A stretch of 64,000 nucleotides of DNA, taken from the NCBI GenBank assembly GCA_963666745.1, contig OY762961.1:2227274-2291273 (forward strand), given 5' to 3'. The notes beneath the pieces were generated by a model. That model saw only the letters and a list, made by a program, of their open reading frames with translations. It searched no databases and had not been told where the DNA came from. Source of the DNA: an uncultured Desulfuromonas sp. (GTDB taxonomy: Bacteria; Desulfobacterota; Desulfuromonadia; Desulfuromonadales; Desulfuromonadaceae). The position numbers were made by a program, and so were the translations under genes. Below, piece by piece: positions 63,074 to 64,000 of this stretch (within the stretch, counting starts at the first letter, position 1; each line of letters begins with the position of its first letter).

Positions 63074-63230
63074 GTTTCTGTTTCCTCTCTATGAAATGGA
63101 TGCCTGCTTATCAGACATCTTAAAACGCTTAAAGCAAGCGACTGTCAGCAGCCGCCAAAGCCCACCATTGGGCGATAAAATGGGTCGCGTTCGTAATCCT
63201 CGACCAGTTCGGAGGATTCACCGACAGCGG

Positions 63231-64000
63231 TCAAAAAGGCAAACCGCTTCCGCCACCACCCATAAGGCCCTTCAGTCCCTTGGGGCCCATTTTCTGCATT
63301 TTCTTCATCATCTTCTGCGCTTCGGTAAAACGCTTGAGCAGTTGGTTGACATCCTGAATCCGGGTGCCACTGCCCTGGGCAATGCGCAGTCGTCGCGAAC
63401 CATTGATTATTTTGTGATTCTGCCGTTCTGCTGGTGTCATCGAGCCGATAATCGCCTCAATGCGCTTAAGCTCTTTATCCGGCAGCTGCATGCCGCCCGC
63501 TTTTTTCATCGCCTTACCGGCACCGGGAATCATTTTAAGCAACGATTCCATGGAACCCATCTTCTTGACCATCTGTAACTGGTCGCGAAAGGTTTCCAAT
63601 GTGAAACCGTCTTTGCGCATCTTCTTTTCCATGCGCGCGGCTTCGTCTTTATCAATAGCGGCTTCGGCCTTCTCGATCAACGACAGGACATCGCCCATGC
63701 CGAGGATACGTTGAGCCATACGGTCGGGGTGGAAAACCTCAAGGGCATCCATTTTTTCACCCATACCGACAAACTTGATCGGTTTACCCGTCACGGCGCG
63801 CACCGAAAGCGCGGCACCACCACGCGCATCACCATCAAGCTTGGTCAAGACCACACCGGTAATGTCGAGCTTTTCGTCAAAGCTCTTAACGACATTGACC
63901 GCATCCTGACCCGTCATGGCGTCGGCAACGAACAGGATCTCGCGCGGTTTCAACGATTCGTTGATGCGAGCCAGCTCATCCATCAACTCGGTATCAATAT
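63231..64000 (-). CDS. ffh: Signal recognition particle protein, C-terminal part (start outside the window)
   Basis: [22 protein letters not shown]-domain SMTPAER...[11 protein letters not shown]. Confidence 0.98.
   Translation of the reverse strand, partial: IDTELMDELARINESLKPREILFVADAMTGQDAVNVVKSFDEKLDITGVVLTKLDGDARGGAALSVRAVTGKPIKFVGMGEKMDALEVFHPDRMAQRILGMGDVLSLIEKAEAAIDKDEAARMEKKMRKDGFTLETFRDQLQMVKKMGSMESLLKMIPGAGKAMKKAGGMQLPDKELKRIEAIIGSMTPAERQNHKIINGSRRLRIAQGSGTRIQDVNQLLKRFTEAQKMMKKMQKMGPKGLKGLMGGGGSGLPF

Overview
Core-chromosome window from a Desulfuromonadia/Geobacterales-like deltaproteobacterium; this taxonomy is inferred from gene order and protein sequences, not from a database search. 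Housekeeping content: (1) the tRNA(Thr-Tyr-Gly-Thr)-tuf-rpmG-tRNA(Trp)-secE-nusG-rplKAJL-rpoB cluster; (2) ispG/proS/pyrF/rlmB; (3) a complete selenocysteine toolkit (yedF, tRNA-Sec, selA-selB-selD), in which SelD is itself a UGA-recoded selenoprotein that the ORF track truncates; (4) two c-di-GMP genes; (5) the full dcw cluster from mraZ to ftsZ; (6) ffh-rpsP-rimM-trmD-rplS-rnhB-yraN-nadE-rsmI. The main accessory element is a ~6.1 kb island integrated in the 3' end of tRNA-Sec, bounded by a 20-bp attL/attR repeat at 15417-15436 and 21518-21537. It encodes a tyrosine integrase, an HUH rolling-circle Rep-like protein, a serine resolvase with a res site, a small ORF upstream of rep, and two unrelated lipoproteins. 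It has no capsid or conjugation genes, and it carries two long perfect hairpins sharing a CGACCCTT/AAGGGTCG stem core. Other oddities are an extra single-TM gene between ftsL and ftsI, a divergent LigA-like ligase, and an orphan Ycf46-like AAA ATPase. All family assignments come from motif recognition by eye; no searches were run.
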